Origin: the human T2T-CHM13v2.0 reference genome, Homo sapiens
Assembly (NCBI RefSeq): GCF_009914755.1
Contig: NC_060926.1
Length of the DNA: 64,000 nt
Direction: 5' to 3' (one strand)
Part shown: piece after piece, positions 38,345-57,240 of the stretch
How the letters are laid out: each line of letters starts with the position of its first letter
How positions within the stretch are numbered: the stretch's first letter is position 1
Notes under the pieces: generated by a model
The model's database searches: none
Told to the model about the DNA's origin: nothing
Seen by the model: only the letters and a program-made list of their open reading frames with translations
Position numbers and translations under genes: made by a program

Positions 38345-39385
38345 AAATTTTTTAAACTTTAAAATTTTCCAATTAATAGACTTTAGAGCAGCTTCAGACT
38401 CTCAGCAAAATTAAGCAAGTAGTACAGGGAGTTTCCATGCATGTTCCCCCCAGCCCAATCTCTACTCCAGCTTCTCACACCATCAGTTTGCAGCATGCTG
38501 TGGTACATCTGTTATAATCAATGAACCACACTGACACATCATTATTCAGCCAAGTTCATAGTTTACATCAAGGTTCATGCTTTGTGTTATATATTCTGAG
38601 TTTTAACAAATGTATGATGATGTATAACCATCGTTGTGTATCAAACAGAATAATTCCACTGCCCTAAAAATCTCTGGTATTCTATCTATTCATCCCTCCG
38701 TCTCCCTAAACCCCTGGCAATCACTGATCTTTCTACTCTTTCCATAGTTACATTTTCTAGAATGTTATATAGTTGAAATAATACAGGATGTAGCCTTTTC
38801 AGATGATTTCTTTCAAATCATAATATGTATTTAAGGTTCCTTCATGTTTTTTTGTGGCTTAATAGTGTATTTTTTTTTATTACTAAATAATAATTCTGTT
38901 GTATGGCTGTACCACAGTCTGTCTCCTACTGAAGGCATCTCCATGGCTTCCAAGTTTGGGCAATTATAAATAAAGCTGCTATAAACATTCCTGTGCAGAT
39001 TTTTGCATGGACATAACTGTCCAGTTAAACTGGGTAAATATCAAGGAGTGCAACTGGGTAAATATCAAGGGTTGTATGGTAAAAATATGTTTAGTTTTGT
39101 AATAAACTGGCAAACTGTCTTCAAAAGTGACTGTGCCATTTTGCATTCCCATGAGCAATGAATGAGAGTTCTTGTGATTCCATAACCTTACCAGCATTCG
39201 GTATTGTCAATGTTTTGGATTTTAGCCATTTTGATAGCCATGTAATGATATCTCATTGTTTTAGTTTGCAATTTTCTGATGACATATGATGTTGAACATC
39301 TTTTCATACACCTACTTGCCATCTGTATATCTTCTTTGATGAAGTCTCTGTTAAGGTCTTTTGCCCATATTTTATTGAGGTATAG
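38345..39385 (-). mobile_element. Old L1 3' fragment (L1MC/L1MB-like)
   Basis: ORF2 C-terminal remnants (IWAKDLNRDFIKEDIQMASRCMKRCSTS) plus L1M 3' UTR motifs. Internal tandem duplication aactgggtaaatatcaagg near 39028-39070. Confidence 0.85.
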
Positions 39386-39446
39386 ATTTTTCACCTGAAA
39401 AATAAAATATTAATTATATTACAAGGATTTGAAAATAAATCAGTTA

Positions 39447-39750
39447 GGCCGGGCACGGTGGCTAACACCTGTAATCCCAGCACTTTGGGCTGCCGAGGCG
39501 GGTGGATCACGCGGTAAGGATCGAGACCATCCTGGCTAACATGGTGAAACGCCATCTTTACTAAAAATACAAAATATTAGCCAAGCATGGTGGCGGGCGC
39601 CTGTAATCCCAGCTACTCCGGAGGCTGAGACAGGAGAATGGCGTGAACCTGGGAGGCGGAGCTTACAGTGAGCCGAGTGAGCCACTGCACTCCCGCCTGG
39701 GTGACAGAGCGAGACTCCATCTCAAAAAATAAAATAAAATAAAATAAAAA
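39447..39750 (+). mobile_element. Alu (AluY-like)
   Basis: Diagnostic gagaccatcctggctaac, agaatggcgtgaacc, ggcggagctt; CpG-rich. Confidence 0.93.
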
Positions 39751-40420
39751 ATAGAATAAGTCATTTAAGTCTTTTACCATAGAACCTAGCATATAATATA
39801 TATGCAGTAAATTTTAAATGATGCCATTTTTATGAGTTGTCTACATCATAATAACATACTTAATAATAACTTCTCATTCCACCCTTAATAGTAAATTTTA
39901 AAAGTTTAAAATACCCTTAATTATAGCTTTATGAATTATTTTAATCAATTATAATAATTAGAACCAAATGTTGCTCACTCCTCCTCACCCCAGCTTCTCT
40001 TCCTATTTTTTTTTTTAAATATCATTACCTCCGATATTCTTCCTTTTGATTTGGCTTAAAGCATTTCTGTTATTCTTGATTCATAAACTAAATGCAGAAA
40101 AATGTCATTTTATTTCTCTGAAACTTTTGTTAAATAAGACATGAATCAGTCATTACTTCATTAAGTAGGCTCAGAAAAATCTTGGATACTTTTGTCAATA
40201 TGTATAAGAAAGGATTTAATCATTACAGTTTATATATTTTTCAGGTTAATTGGAATATTACCTTGTTAATTTTTGAAATGCTTATTAGGCAGCATAAAAT
40301 GTTACTTAAAATAACTTTACGACAATAAATTATTTTCTTTTTTTTGTTTACTATTCAAAAAGTAATATATTTAAGGGTAAATATCACTAGCAAAGGGATG
40401 TTAAAATTTGCAGATTATAT

Positions 40421-40522
40421 ATGAATATATAATATTCATGAATATGAATATATAATATTCATGAATATGAATATATAATATTCATGAATATGAATATATA
40501 ATATTCATGAATATGAATATAT
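40421..40522. repeat. AT-rich minisatellite (ATGAATATATAATATTCATGAAT)x~4.4
   Basis: Four exact 23-bp units plus a partial unit. Confidence 0.95.
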
Positions 40523-40976
40523 ATCAAAATATATATATATGAATATATATTTTCTGGATGACATAATAATTTATACCTGTGGATAAGTTTGGCCACAACG
40601 TAAACCTTTTCTTCACCAATTATTATTTCTATCTAATGATTCCTAAGAGTATATGGCCAAAGAGCTCGATTTCCAAAATCCCAGGTGGCTTAATTTACCC
40701 AACCTTCCTCCTTTCTCTCTCCCTTCCTTGTTTAGACGTTAGCTATGTCATTTTATAATATTAACAAGCTTTTGAATATTAGGCAGTTTCATATATTTTA
40801 TATCTTACTATCATTCATATAATATGGATAATTATGTTCATAAATGTCAAAACATTCTTCACATATGAAAAAAATTTTCTGAAAGGTCACCAGACCTAGA
40901 GAATTTTATATCTAGACCTTGGCTCTTGATTTTAACAGAATGCTTATAGACAGATTATCTTTTAGTTTAAACTCTA

Positions 40977-41272
<296 letters not shown>

Positions 41273-43349
41273 ACTAGGAGAAAATCTAGCCTGCCTTGGA
41301 GTTGAGCTACATTTTAGCATTAAACTTACAGAGCTAAATTGTCATTTCTTTTCTGAAAATGTCAATTTTAAGGAAGTCACTGTTTGCATTTCATATGTTA
41401 TTTGTCTCAGCATTTTTATATCTTTGACTTCTTAAAAGTGATTTTCTGTTTTTTTTTTCTTAATTGAAATAAATTACATGTAAGGAAATGAGAAGCCATG
41501 TAGTTTAGGAAACTTTTAATAATGTGACTTTAAATGCCTATTTATGTCATGGCAGAAAATTAAATTCCTTTATCAGACTTGTATATACATGGTCAAAGCA
41601 ATCATTTATTTTTTCTTTTAAAATACATGTACTAAAATATATATTTGTGATTATTATTGTGATGCATTTTCGCAACCAAAATACAAAGCATTCCAAAATG
41701 TTTTCATAAAATTATAGGGAATTTATTTTTCACTTAGGTTCTATAAATAGCATAAAAGAAAAATTAGAAGCAAAATTCTCTGACCTTTTACTGCAAAGCA
41801 TAGAACCAGAACAACTGCTGAATTGCAAATATTTATTCAGGCCCTGTTTTAAGCCTGCAAGCAAACAAAATGTATTTGAATTTCTGCCAAAGGAGATGTT
41901 AAAAAATAGCCCTAGTTTGTGATTTAAAAAGATGTGGCAGCCTATGTAAAGAGTAAGACTCATGAGTTGGGGTAAAACAATTTTAAAATTGTCAGGTAAA
42001 AATAGATACAGTGTATTTTAAAGGTGATCAATCATAGTTACACGAGGGATAGAAATTTCACCAAAACTTTAGATTCCATGGATGTCAAGTGTGTAAGTGT
42101 ATCAAAATGTCCAATTCCTGTAATTATTCTATGGTTTAATGATTGCATGACGATAAAGCCAACTTTTTTAGTAAATGTAACTAGATATGCATCTATCTGT
42201 GTATAATTTCATAAAGGCGAAAGGAAAAACACATCTGGTTATGACTGAATTTGATTTGTCAGCAAATGTATCTTACTTTTTTGTGCAAAATTCATGATTT
42301 AAACAATGATTATATATAATTTATGTTGACATTCTTGCCCCCTCACTAATCAATATAAGAAGCTCTTTGTATGGATGTTTCAAAGTCAATTTTTGAGTTC
42401 ATGAGTTGAATTAACATATCATTGTCTTAAAAGCACAGGAAATAATCCAGATTGAAATGTAGCATATATTTATTTCAATAATAATTATATTCCTTTTATT
42501 TTTATTTGTGACCCTCTGGAGTGGTGGTGAAGTAGATTGGTATAGTAATGGGAATGGAAGACTTTTATTATTCAAAAAGTTGACTTCACCTGTGCTAACA
42601 TTTTTAACCTTCCCATTCTTCCTCTTTCTCCATTCCTTCTGCTGTCTCTCCTGTGGAATGCATTAATCATCTCATACCTGGCACAATGCTGGGTAAGGAG
42701 ATGGATAAGGTATATAAGAGCTCGCTTAAGAAGCTTACTGTAATCTGAAATGTGTCTGTAACTGCAGTGAATTATAAATAGGAATTATATGTTGACTGGT
42801 GATGCCTTTGCATGTGCTCTTTTTCCATCCACCCCAGAATGTAGTTTTCTCACATTGCGGATATAGACTATATGGGAAACTGCTACTTGCCTTTCCAGAA
42901 TAGGTTTAAAAATGGAATTTAAGAGAGTTTATTCTTCACTTTATTGTTATAGCACCTTGTAATTTAGCATCTGGAAAGCCTGGCAGAAAGGAAATTTTAA
43001 TAAATGAATAAATGTTAAATATTATTACTGATTGATTGAACTCAAGTATGTAAGTCATTGAGACATTTACAGTACATAGAAGGTGCAGGATGAGTGTGTG
43101 TATGTGAATGCATGTTTGTGTGTGTGACAATATGACACATTCAAAAGACAAATTAAGATGGAGAAATCAGGAATGACTTCATAAAATTAAGAGCATTTCG
43201 TCAGCCTTGAATGTGAGGAGTTATGTCAACAGGTGGAGAGATGGAAGAGGACATGCCAGGCATCAACCAAGTAATATGAATGGGAAATAGTAGTTTCTAG
43301 CTAATGGAAAAGTCAATAATTTATGAAAACAAAATAGCAGACTAGCATG

Positions 43350-43560
43350 GAGGTGAAAAAGGCTGGCTCTAAAATTGAGGACCTGAGTGTGTATTTTGAC
43401 TACAACCATCTCTCGTCCTGTGATTCTGGACAAGTGACTTTACCTCCCTGTACCTCAGTATCTTTATCAGTCATATGAGAAAAAGAACAGTACATACTTC
43501 CTAGGGTAGTGAGGAGAATTATATGATAATACACATAGAAACACTTAGGATCCAGCACGT
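43350..43560. mobile_element. MIR fragment
   Basis: ctgtgattctggacaagtgactttacctccctgtacctcagt...ctagggtagtgaggagaatta. Confidence 0.75.
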
Positions 43561-44181
43561 ATGTTTTTACTGTGTGTGTGGTTATTGTTGTTAAAGATTT
43601 TTAAGAGTGAAAATTGTAATGGTAAGTTAGAACTAGATTTTGAAGGAACTAGAAAGACATGCTAGAAAATTTGGGGTTTATTTTTATTACCTATTTAAAT
43701 TTTGTTTATTTTATATAAATGTAACATTGTAAAGCATGACATTGTAAAGCAAGGCTTTAGTAATCTTTGAAAACAGAAATTAACCTAAGTATTTGATTAT
43801 TGTACTTTGCATGTAACATTTAGAAAAAGATGAAACATATGTCATTGCTTTATACGATATTTCAAAAGATTTTCTTCTCTATGCTAGTGATAATGTTTTC
43901 CAAAATAATTAAATTCCAGCATTGCCTGGATGTTTCATTTTTTTAAGCTAGAAATTTTTATGTATGTATTTATTTTTATTATACTTTAAGTTCTAGAGTA
44001 CATGTGCACAACGTGCAGGTTTGATACATCGGTATACATGTGCCATGTTTGTTTGCTGCACCCATCAACTCATCATTTACATTAGTTATTTCTCCTAATG
44101 CTGTCTCTCCCCCAGCCCCCCACCTCCCGATAGGCCCTGGTGTGTGATGTTCCCCGCCTTGTGTCCAAGTGATCTCATTGT

Positions 44182-47996
<3,815 letters not shown>

Positions 47997-48059
47997 TATA
48001 ATGTTCACTGCTTATTTTGCCCATTAATTGATGTAGTTTCTTCATAGCATCGATAGTCT

Positions 48060-49088
48060 TTACAATTTACATGTTTTTGCAGTGGCTAGTACTGGTTGTT
48101 TCTTTCCATGTTTAGTGCTTCCTTCAGGAGCTCTTGTAGGGCAGGCCTGGTGGTGACAAAATCTCTCAGCATTTGCTTGTCTGTAAAGGATTTTATTTCT
48201 CCTTCACTTATGAAGCTTAGTTTGGCTGGATCTGAAATTCTGGGTTGAAAATTCTTTGCTTTGAGAATGTTGAATATTGGCCTCCACTCTCTTCTGGCTT
48301 GCTTGGTTTTTGCTGAGAGATCCGTTGTTAGTATGCTGGGCTTCCCTTTGTGGGTAACTCAACCTTTCTCTCTGGCTGCCCTTAACACTTTTTCCTTCAT
48401 TTCAACTTTGGTGAATCTGACAATTATGTGTCTTGGGGTTGCTCTTCTCGAGGAGTATCTTTGTGGTGTTCTCTGTATTTCCTGAATTTGAATGTTGGCC
48501 TGCCTTGCTAGGTTGGGGAAGTTCTCCTGTATAATATCCTGAAGAATGTTTTCCAACTTGGTTCCATTCTCCCCATCACTTTCAGGTACACCAATCAAAT
48601 GTAGATTTGATCTTTTCACATAATCCCATATTTCTTGGAGGCTTTGATCATTTCTTTTTACTCTTTTTTCTCTAACCTCGTCTTCACATTTTATTTCATT
48701 GATTTGATCTTCAATCACTGATACCCTTTATTCCACTTGATCAAATCGGCTACTGAAGCTTGTGCATGTGTCACGAAGTTCTCATGCCATGGTTTTCAGC
48801 TCCATCAGGTCTTTTAAGGTCTTCTCCACACTGTTTATTCTAGTTAGCCATTCGTCTAATCTTTCTTTTTTCAAGGTTTTTACCTTCCTTGCTATGGGTT
48901 CTAACATCCTCCTTTAGCTCAGAGAAGTTTGTTATTACCGGCCTTCTGAAGCCTACTTCTGTCAACTCGTCAAAGTCGTTCTCCATCCAGCTTTGTTCCA
49001 TTGCTGGCGAGGAGCTGCGATCCTTTGGAGGAGAACAGGCCCTCTGATTTTTAGAATTTTCAGCTTTTCTGCTCTGGTTTCTCCCCAT
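48060..49088 (-). pseudogene. L1 ORF1p remnant (frameshifted)
   Basis: MGRNQSRKAENSKNQ... and QSLQEIWDYVKRSNLHLIGVPE...ENFPNLARQANIQIQEIQRTP in separate frames. Confidence 0.93.
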
Positions 49089-49668
49089 CTTTGTGGTTTT
49101 ATCTGCCTTTGGTCTTTGATGTTGGTGAGCTACAGATGGGGTTTTGGTGTAGATGACCTTTTTGTTGATGTTGATGCTATTCCTTTCTGTTTGTTAGTTT
49201 TCCTTCTAACAATCAGCTCCCTCAGCTGCAGGTTTGTTGGAGATTGCTGGAGTTCCACTCCAGACCCTGTTTGCCTGGGTGTCACCAGCGGAGGCTGCAG
49301 AACAGCAAATATTGTTGCCTGATCCTTCCTCTGGAAACTTCGTCCCAGAGGGGCAACCGCCTAGTGAGGTGTCTGTTGGCACCTATTGGGAGATGTCTCC
49401 CAGTTAGGCTACACAGGAGACAGGGACCAACTTGAGGAGGTAGTCTGTCCATTCTCAGAGCTCAGACGCCGTGCTGGGAGAACCACTGCTCTCTTCAGAG
49501 CTGTCAGACAGGGACGTTTAAATCTGCAGAAGTTGTCTGCTGCCTTTTGTTCAGCTATGTCCTGCCCACAGAGGTGGAGTCTAGAGGCAGTGGACCTTGT
49601 TGATCTGTGGTGGGCTCCGCCCAGTTCAAGCTTCCCGGTCGCTTTGTTTATCTACTCAAGCCTCAGCA

Positions 49669-49863
49669 ATGGTGGATACCCCTCCCCTAGCCAGGCTACC
49701 ACCTCGCAGATTGATCTCAGACTGCTGTGCTAGCAGTGAGCAAGGCTCCGTGGGTGTGGAACCCTCCGAGGCAGGCATGGGAGAGAATTACCTTGTCTGC
49801 TGGTTGCTAAGACCTTGGGAAAAGCACAGTATTTGGGCAGAAGTGCCTCATTTTTCCAGGTAG
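49669..49863 (+). other. L1 ORF0-like antisense frame (64 aa) in the L1 5' UTR
   Basis: gcaATGG Kozak context. MVDTPPLARLPPRRLISDCCASSEQGSVGVEPSEAG...PHFSR* aligns by eye to primate L1 ORF0 (MAGAPPPASLPPCSLISDCCASNQRDSVGVGPSEPG...TRFSR). Expression is not shown. Confidence 0.8.
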
Positions 49864-50110
49864 TCTGCCATGGCTTCCCATGGCTAGGAAAGGGAAATCC
49901 CCAGACCCCTTGTGCTTCCTGGGTGAGGCGACGCCTTGCCCTGCCTGCTTCAGCTCGCCCTCTGTGGGCTGCACCCACTGTCCAACCAGTCCCAATGAGA
50001 TGAACCAGGTACCTCAGTTGGAAATGCAGAAATCACCTGTCTTCTGCGTTGATCACATTGGGAGCTGTAGACCAGAGCTGTTCCTATTTGGCCATTTTGG
50101 AATGCCTTAA

Positions 50111-50524
<414 letters not shown>

Positions 50525-50690
50525 TGAAAGCTAAAAATTGTATCTTACTGCAACAGCATGAATTTATTTAGGTAGCTATTGCTTTCATTCTATAATTAAC
50601 AATGCTTTAATAAATACCATAAGGAGAAAGCAGAAAAAAGTTTGATGAGACTGGGACATTTCCACTGTTAGGTTAAAGGAATAATAATCA

Positions 50691-51094
<404 letters not shown>

Positions 51095-52699
51095 TCAATT
51101 ATATTTTTGAGAAAGTAGTTACTACAAAGTTAAGTCAAATTTGTTCAGAGCAGGCCAGGTTGACAGTGATAGTAGACTGGGCTCAGTTCCTTGTGTTTGT
51201 TTTACTCACTTCATTATATATACTTCCTCATATTCCAGATAAATATAGACAACATAGTCTGTATCAAATTGCCAGAAATTAACATGGTGAAAATTATTCT
51301 ATGCATTGATCTGTTTCTGAGAAATTAAATGATCACTAAAGAATTATTTAAAATATATCTGAACTAATCTTTTAATTAATTGGAACCTTAATAATCATGA
51401 CTGATAATAGTGATCAGTGATTGAACCTTTATTATTTACCAGCTAATATAGTAGGCCCATAAATAGGTTATATCATTTGTAGTCACAATAACCATATACA
51501 TTATATATTTTATCTAGTGCTACTACCCATATTTTATAGCAGTCAAGGTTCAGATAATCATAACATGCCCAACATCTTACTAACAGTGAGTTATCCAAAC
51601 AGGAACAATCTCAAGTTTATATTCAAAGCCCATGTTCTTTTGCTTAATATTTCCCTGTCTCTCCTAAATATATTTTCAGCAATATGATTGTGAATTTCCT
51701 GTCATGTTTTCTACCTGACCATGAGCCTTTAGCATCTGCACTTATCTTCCTTTTTGAACATCTAACATTGTGTTCTGTTGGTCATTGTTAAAAATCTATT
51801 ATTTCTTCTTTTGTTCTGGGAGCTTAGAAACCTTAAGTATTGTATTTGAAATATTTGTTTCTAAAATTCTTATTGAAGCTTTATTTTCTGACAAATACAA
51901 CTGGGCTTTTCTTCTTTTTTTATTTTTAGTTTTTTAAAATTCTTTGACCTAGCTTGAGCAGTAGTGGCAAACTGATGTCTGAGAACACATTGTAAGACCA
52001 AGTGCTTGTAAATAATAGAGGATAATATTGAGTTGAATGCATGCCAGAACCTTCTACTCCTCGCTAAAAGTCTGTTTTGAGCAGAATATGTGGAGATTTA
52101 AAGAGATTCCATCTTTTTGAAAACTTCAGTTTCTGGAAGCAATTTATGTATTCTTAATGGCTTTGCAACCTGTATCTCAAAAGAGCCTATTGCCAGTAAC
52201 CTTAGTATTATTGAACTGTAATGTATGCAGTGTCTTTGTGTTTTATAAAAAAGATTAAAAAAAATCGTAAGCTTCTTCAGAAAGTTTATACTTTACATTT
52301 GGGTTCAGCTCAGTGCAACACAATAGAGAGCATGCAGAGAATGCCAAGTTAGTGTTACAGTTAATATATCTTGGAAGATGGGTGAAATTTTGGAAGTACC
52401 TTAGAGAAGAAACAGCTATAGTCCTCATTTAATAATCCTCAGGGCAATATGTAGGGTGGACTAGGAAGTTACTTGGTGATATACAACATGCTTTGCATGC
52501 TAAGCTGTTAGCTGATTCAGTTATTAAAACAACTGCCAATTTGAAGTAAATAATAGAATAGATTTATGGAAAAAACTAACATGTTATTTGGTTAAATTTT
52601 CAGGATTTTTTCTTCTGTGTATGTGCCTGTGTAAATGAAAGTTGTAGTCATATAGCCTGTTATTAAGGATTCTTCTGAGAGAAAATTATCAATATTTAT

Positions 52700-54300
52700 T
52701 GTGCATGTAGTTTACATATGTCACTTAATTTCATTTAATTCTCACAATCTTCTTTTAAAATCAGCAGGGTGGGCCTTAATGTACAGATAATGAAACTAAA
52801 GCTTAAAGAGATGTATTAGTTTTTGTAAGGTCACATATTAATTACTGGTGGAGCTGGGATTCAGTGTTTGATGTTAGGTGCATCTGGCATTAAAACCGAT
52901 GCTTTACCCTCTCTGCAACTGGCCTCTAGGGCTGATATGACTTACTTACTGTGGACACCAGAATATCAGCTAGCATTGTCCTATAGAATCTCTTCACTTC
53001 AGATCCTTATAGTGATACCAAAAGGCTTTGTTATTCAGGAAAGTAGTTAGAAATCTGGATGCCACACTAGAAATGAACAGTGTACAATTTACTTAATAAC
53101 AACTCAAATATATATACACATATACATATACCACCTATATATATTTGTACAAATAATATTAATTTTTAATTCTATGTTTTGGTGTAATATGCTTCACTAA
53201 GGAAGTCATTAGATAGTAAAGTTATTTGTTAAGAGCTTAGGTTTGGGAATCAGTATGAGTTCTGGACTTAGCTTTGCTGTTTATTCTCTGTTACTTGAAG
53301 TTTCAAGCTCTATCATTCTCCTGGAAGTATGAAAATAATAAAATCTTATTTACAGTTTTGCTGTGATGAGATAATGAGATAAAATATATAAAACCTATAT
53401 AGCACACTATTTGGCACATTATTACTCAATATGTAATTAATATCACCACTATTATTTTTATGTTTATAATTAGCAATTTTAACCAACAGTCACATTAGCA
53501 AATATTTCTTTTTCCCGTCCAGTAGGAAGATGATTCATTCATTATTTTAATTCTTAAAAGTTCACTCATCAATTGGTTTCCCATACTTTTTCCACATGTA
53601 ATAGCAGCTACAATAAATATCACTAATATTTATTAAGACATTGCTAAACACATTGCATACAATATCTCATAAAATTATTCCAATTATCCTAGAATATAAG
53701 TACTATTCTTAATATAATTTTCAAGATTAGAAAAACGGAGGTTCAGAGAGGCAAAGCACCATTCCAAAGGTAAACAGCATAGGTGGTAGAGCTGGGATGC
53801 GGCCCCAGGGTCGTCTGACACCACAGTACTTACTGCAGGGAGTTGTGCAGAGTGCCTCTGGTGTTCATCCCTGAAGAAAGGTTCATTTCTTTCATCACTT
53901 GCTTTGATTTTTATTGTGGCAAATCTGGTCCCCTTGACCACAGAATCACAGACTTGATGCTTTTGTAACCAAAAGTTGACACTTTAATTTGAATATTCAC
54001 TAATTATACTACTAGTGATAAACTCTCTTTTGTTTCTTCTTTTGCCTACACAGTACTACTTGATAGAGAGATGAGATTAACAGCATGAATCCTCAAGCCT
54101 GATTTCTTATGTTCAATTTCCAGCTGCATCACCTCTATGTGATGCTACTATCTTGTATCCCTCTGTGACTCAGTTTCCACCTCTAGAAAATAGGAAGGGG
54201 GATAACAGTCTCTTCCTCGAAGAGTTGTGAGGATTAAAGACAACTTGTAAATAGTGCTTAGAGAGATACTTGACATATAATCCTATAGAGATATTATTAC
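52700..54300. mobile_element. Cluster of four MIR fragments (~52700-52900, 53210-53450, 53620-53830, 54070-54300)
   Basis: MIR core motifs: acagataatgaaactaaagctt, gaaaacggaggttcagagaggcaaag, cctctgtgactcagtttccacctctagaaaatagg. Confidence 0.65.
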
Positions 54301-55024
54301 TACATGACTTAACTGAAAGGGATTTGCTCTTCTGTTTTTTGTTTTGTTTTGTTTTGTTTTGTGTTTTTGCTTTTGTTTGATGTACGTGTGATAAAACACA
54401 GCCACAGCTACCATTACAGGAGAACGCTCTTTTGCTCTCTCTCCTGTCTCTTTTTTCTCTCTCTGGGTCTGATTCTCTCTATCCCTCTATCTTTCCTCCT
54501 TCCCTTTCTTCTCTCCCCCAATCTCCCGCAAACACATCTATATTGGGTAAGGTTTAGATAAAGCGTCCATGTTCAGAAGTTATTGATTGTGTGATATTTT
54601 CTGTGTCACAGCATTCAGACATTTCCCTTGGCCTGTGGTTATATTGTTTTTAACCATATTGTGCCCCCTTTGTGTGAGTGACACATCCACCATCCCCGGC
54701 TAGCAGAAACAATGGAAAATAACTGAGTTAGAGATATCCTGAAAGTTTAATTAAGGACTTGTCAAATAACAACTCACTTTGTCATTTTCACTTTAAAACC
54801 TTCCACAGATCTGTTCTTTGAATGAATGTTTAATTCAGTTAAAAGGATGGACTTAGTTCAGTTTAGAGGCAGAATCAGGAAAGGAAAATGTCAAAAATAA
54901 AAAGGTTAGACTATGTTGCTTCTACCATTTTAAATGGACATACTGATACTGGAATAAATTACACTAAACAATAATATATACCCTTTTAAATCTGTGAATA
55001 TTGCAATGCAATGTACAGAATAAA

Positions 55025-55070
<46 letters not shown>

Positions 55071-55988
55071 ATGTTTTTTATCTAAGGATTCAAAAGTCCC
55101 AGCTATTTCCAGTAGCAGCATCTGTTGCTTTGCCAGTTTCCACAGAGATGAGCTCGTGTTGATTTTCACCACATTTGTTCAAGTCTGGAATCTGGTTAAA
55201 ACATGCAAACAGTTGTGTTGCTGGCTAAGAGGTGCAATCTCATAGTACCCTTTGAATAATAGTAGTCACTTGCATTTATTTTAATTCAAATGGCATTTGC
55301 AATTATGAATCTAAGCATGGATTATTTTAAAATAACTAATTAGAATAAGAAATATAAAGCATTCTAATTCTAGAAGGAAGAATGATATGGTACATGCATG
55401 TTCTTAGAAACCATAATGATATCTACTTTAAATCTTCTCAGTTGAAATTTGCATTTTATTTTTTCATCACCATTTTGGGATAACTTTTGCAAAAAGAAGT
55501 ACTCTCTCAATTATATCTTATCTTAGTTCATTGTCTAAGATGCAGATTGGCAAACATAGACATTTTTCTGTTATCCAATTTATAAATCTTCCATATCTTT
55601 ATCCATATATTGATTGCAAATTCATAATATCCTGAGATGAAACCAGATTTTAAAACTATGATTGTGAATTGGAAATGTCTGCTATTTGGGTACCTACATC
55701 TAATGAAAGTAGGACAGGAACAGTAGAAAAACAAACAAAGGTTAAGGTGCTGGCAAATGTTCTTGGCATGATTAACATAGTGTTAACATTGATTTTAGCC
55801 ATTCTGCTTGCTGCAAGCCTTTTAATACACCCCATATATCCATACTTAGTCTCTTCTGCTATTAGGGGTAGTTAAGTGGAAAATGTTGAGAAACCCTAAA
55901 AGTTGGAAATATCAGTAATGTAACTTTTTTCTATACTTTTAAATATTTTGAATGTTTAATTGTCTGACAATTTTAAAAACAAATTACT

Positions 55989-56277
<289 letters not shown>

Positions 56278-57240
56278 TTATCTCATAGCCAGTGACTTTT
56301 AAACTTAATTCTTAATATTCTATATTACTAATATGGGATAAATTACAAAGATGTAAAAATTCATCACACATATTAAGGCACCTTACTAATTTTCAGGAAG
56401 AACAGGAAATGTAAGTGACTATTATAGAACAATAAATCACTAGTCATTAACAGGCATTACCTAAACACCAAGCAAGGTTCTATGTCTTTTACTTTCAAAC
56501 TTTCAGTAGGTTTCTAAGAGAAGATATGTTGTTATCTCTAGTTGATAAAGGAGAAAACAGGGTGAGAGAGCTTTAGGTAATTTTCACAAGCTATTTAATA
56601 GTGGCATTGACAGCCAGATTCATAAACTTTTAAATTATATTTCAGATGTTGCCTCACTTATGTGAATTTGCTGTGAAAATAAGTAAAGTTAATTTTATCT
56701 AGTAAAATAGATTCTCCACCTTCCTTTTCAGTTGAAATCATGCATTGGCATTTCAGTAACAATGATTACAAGTATTTTAATGCCAACAAACATTTGAATA
56801 CACGTTTCCACTGTAGATGTCATAGCACTTTAAGTACCTTAATAATTGATGGCCAGTTTTCCCAATATTAAAATTTTATAAGATTTTATTTTCCCAATTG
56901 TAATGGTAAAAGCAGGGGCAAAATTTTGATTTTTTATGTAATGTTATTTTCGCAATGTGAAAATAAAAAAAAGCCACCAAAATGAAATGGGCTAAGATGG
57001 TGATATCATCAAATTTTACTTCAAAATTTACTTTGTGATTGTTAGAAATAATTGAACAGACTTCATAACCTGAATTTACTTTAACTCATTGTAAATATTT
57101 ATTTATATTAATCAAAGGACAAACTTACAAACTTTCCTTACTTTTTAAGACACTGAATTATATTGAGTACGTAACATTACTTAGGATAATTCTGCCTGAC
57201 ATCAATTTTCAATGATTGAAGTTTTTAAAATTAAAAAAGT

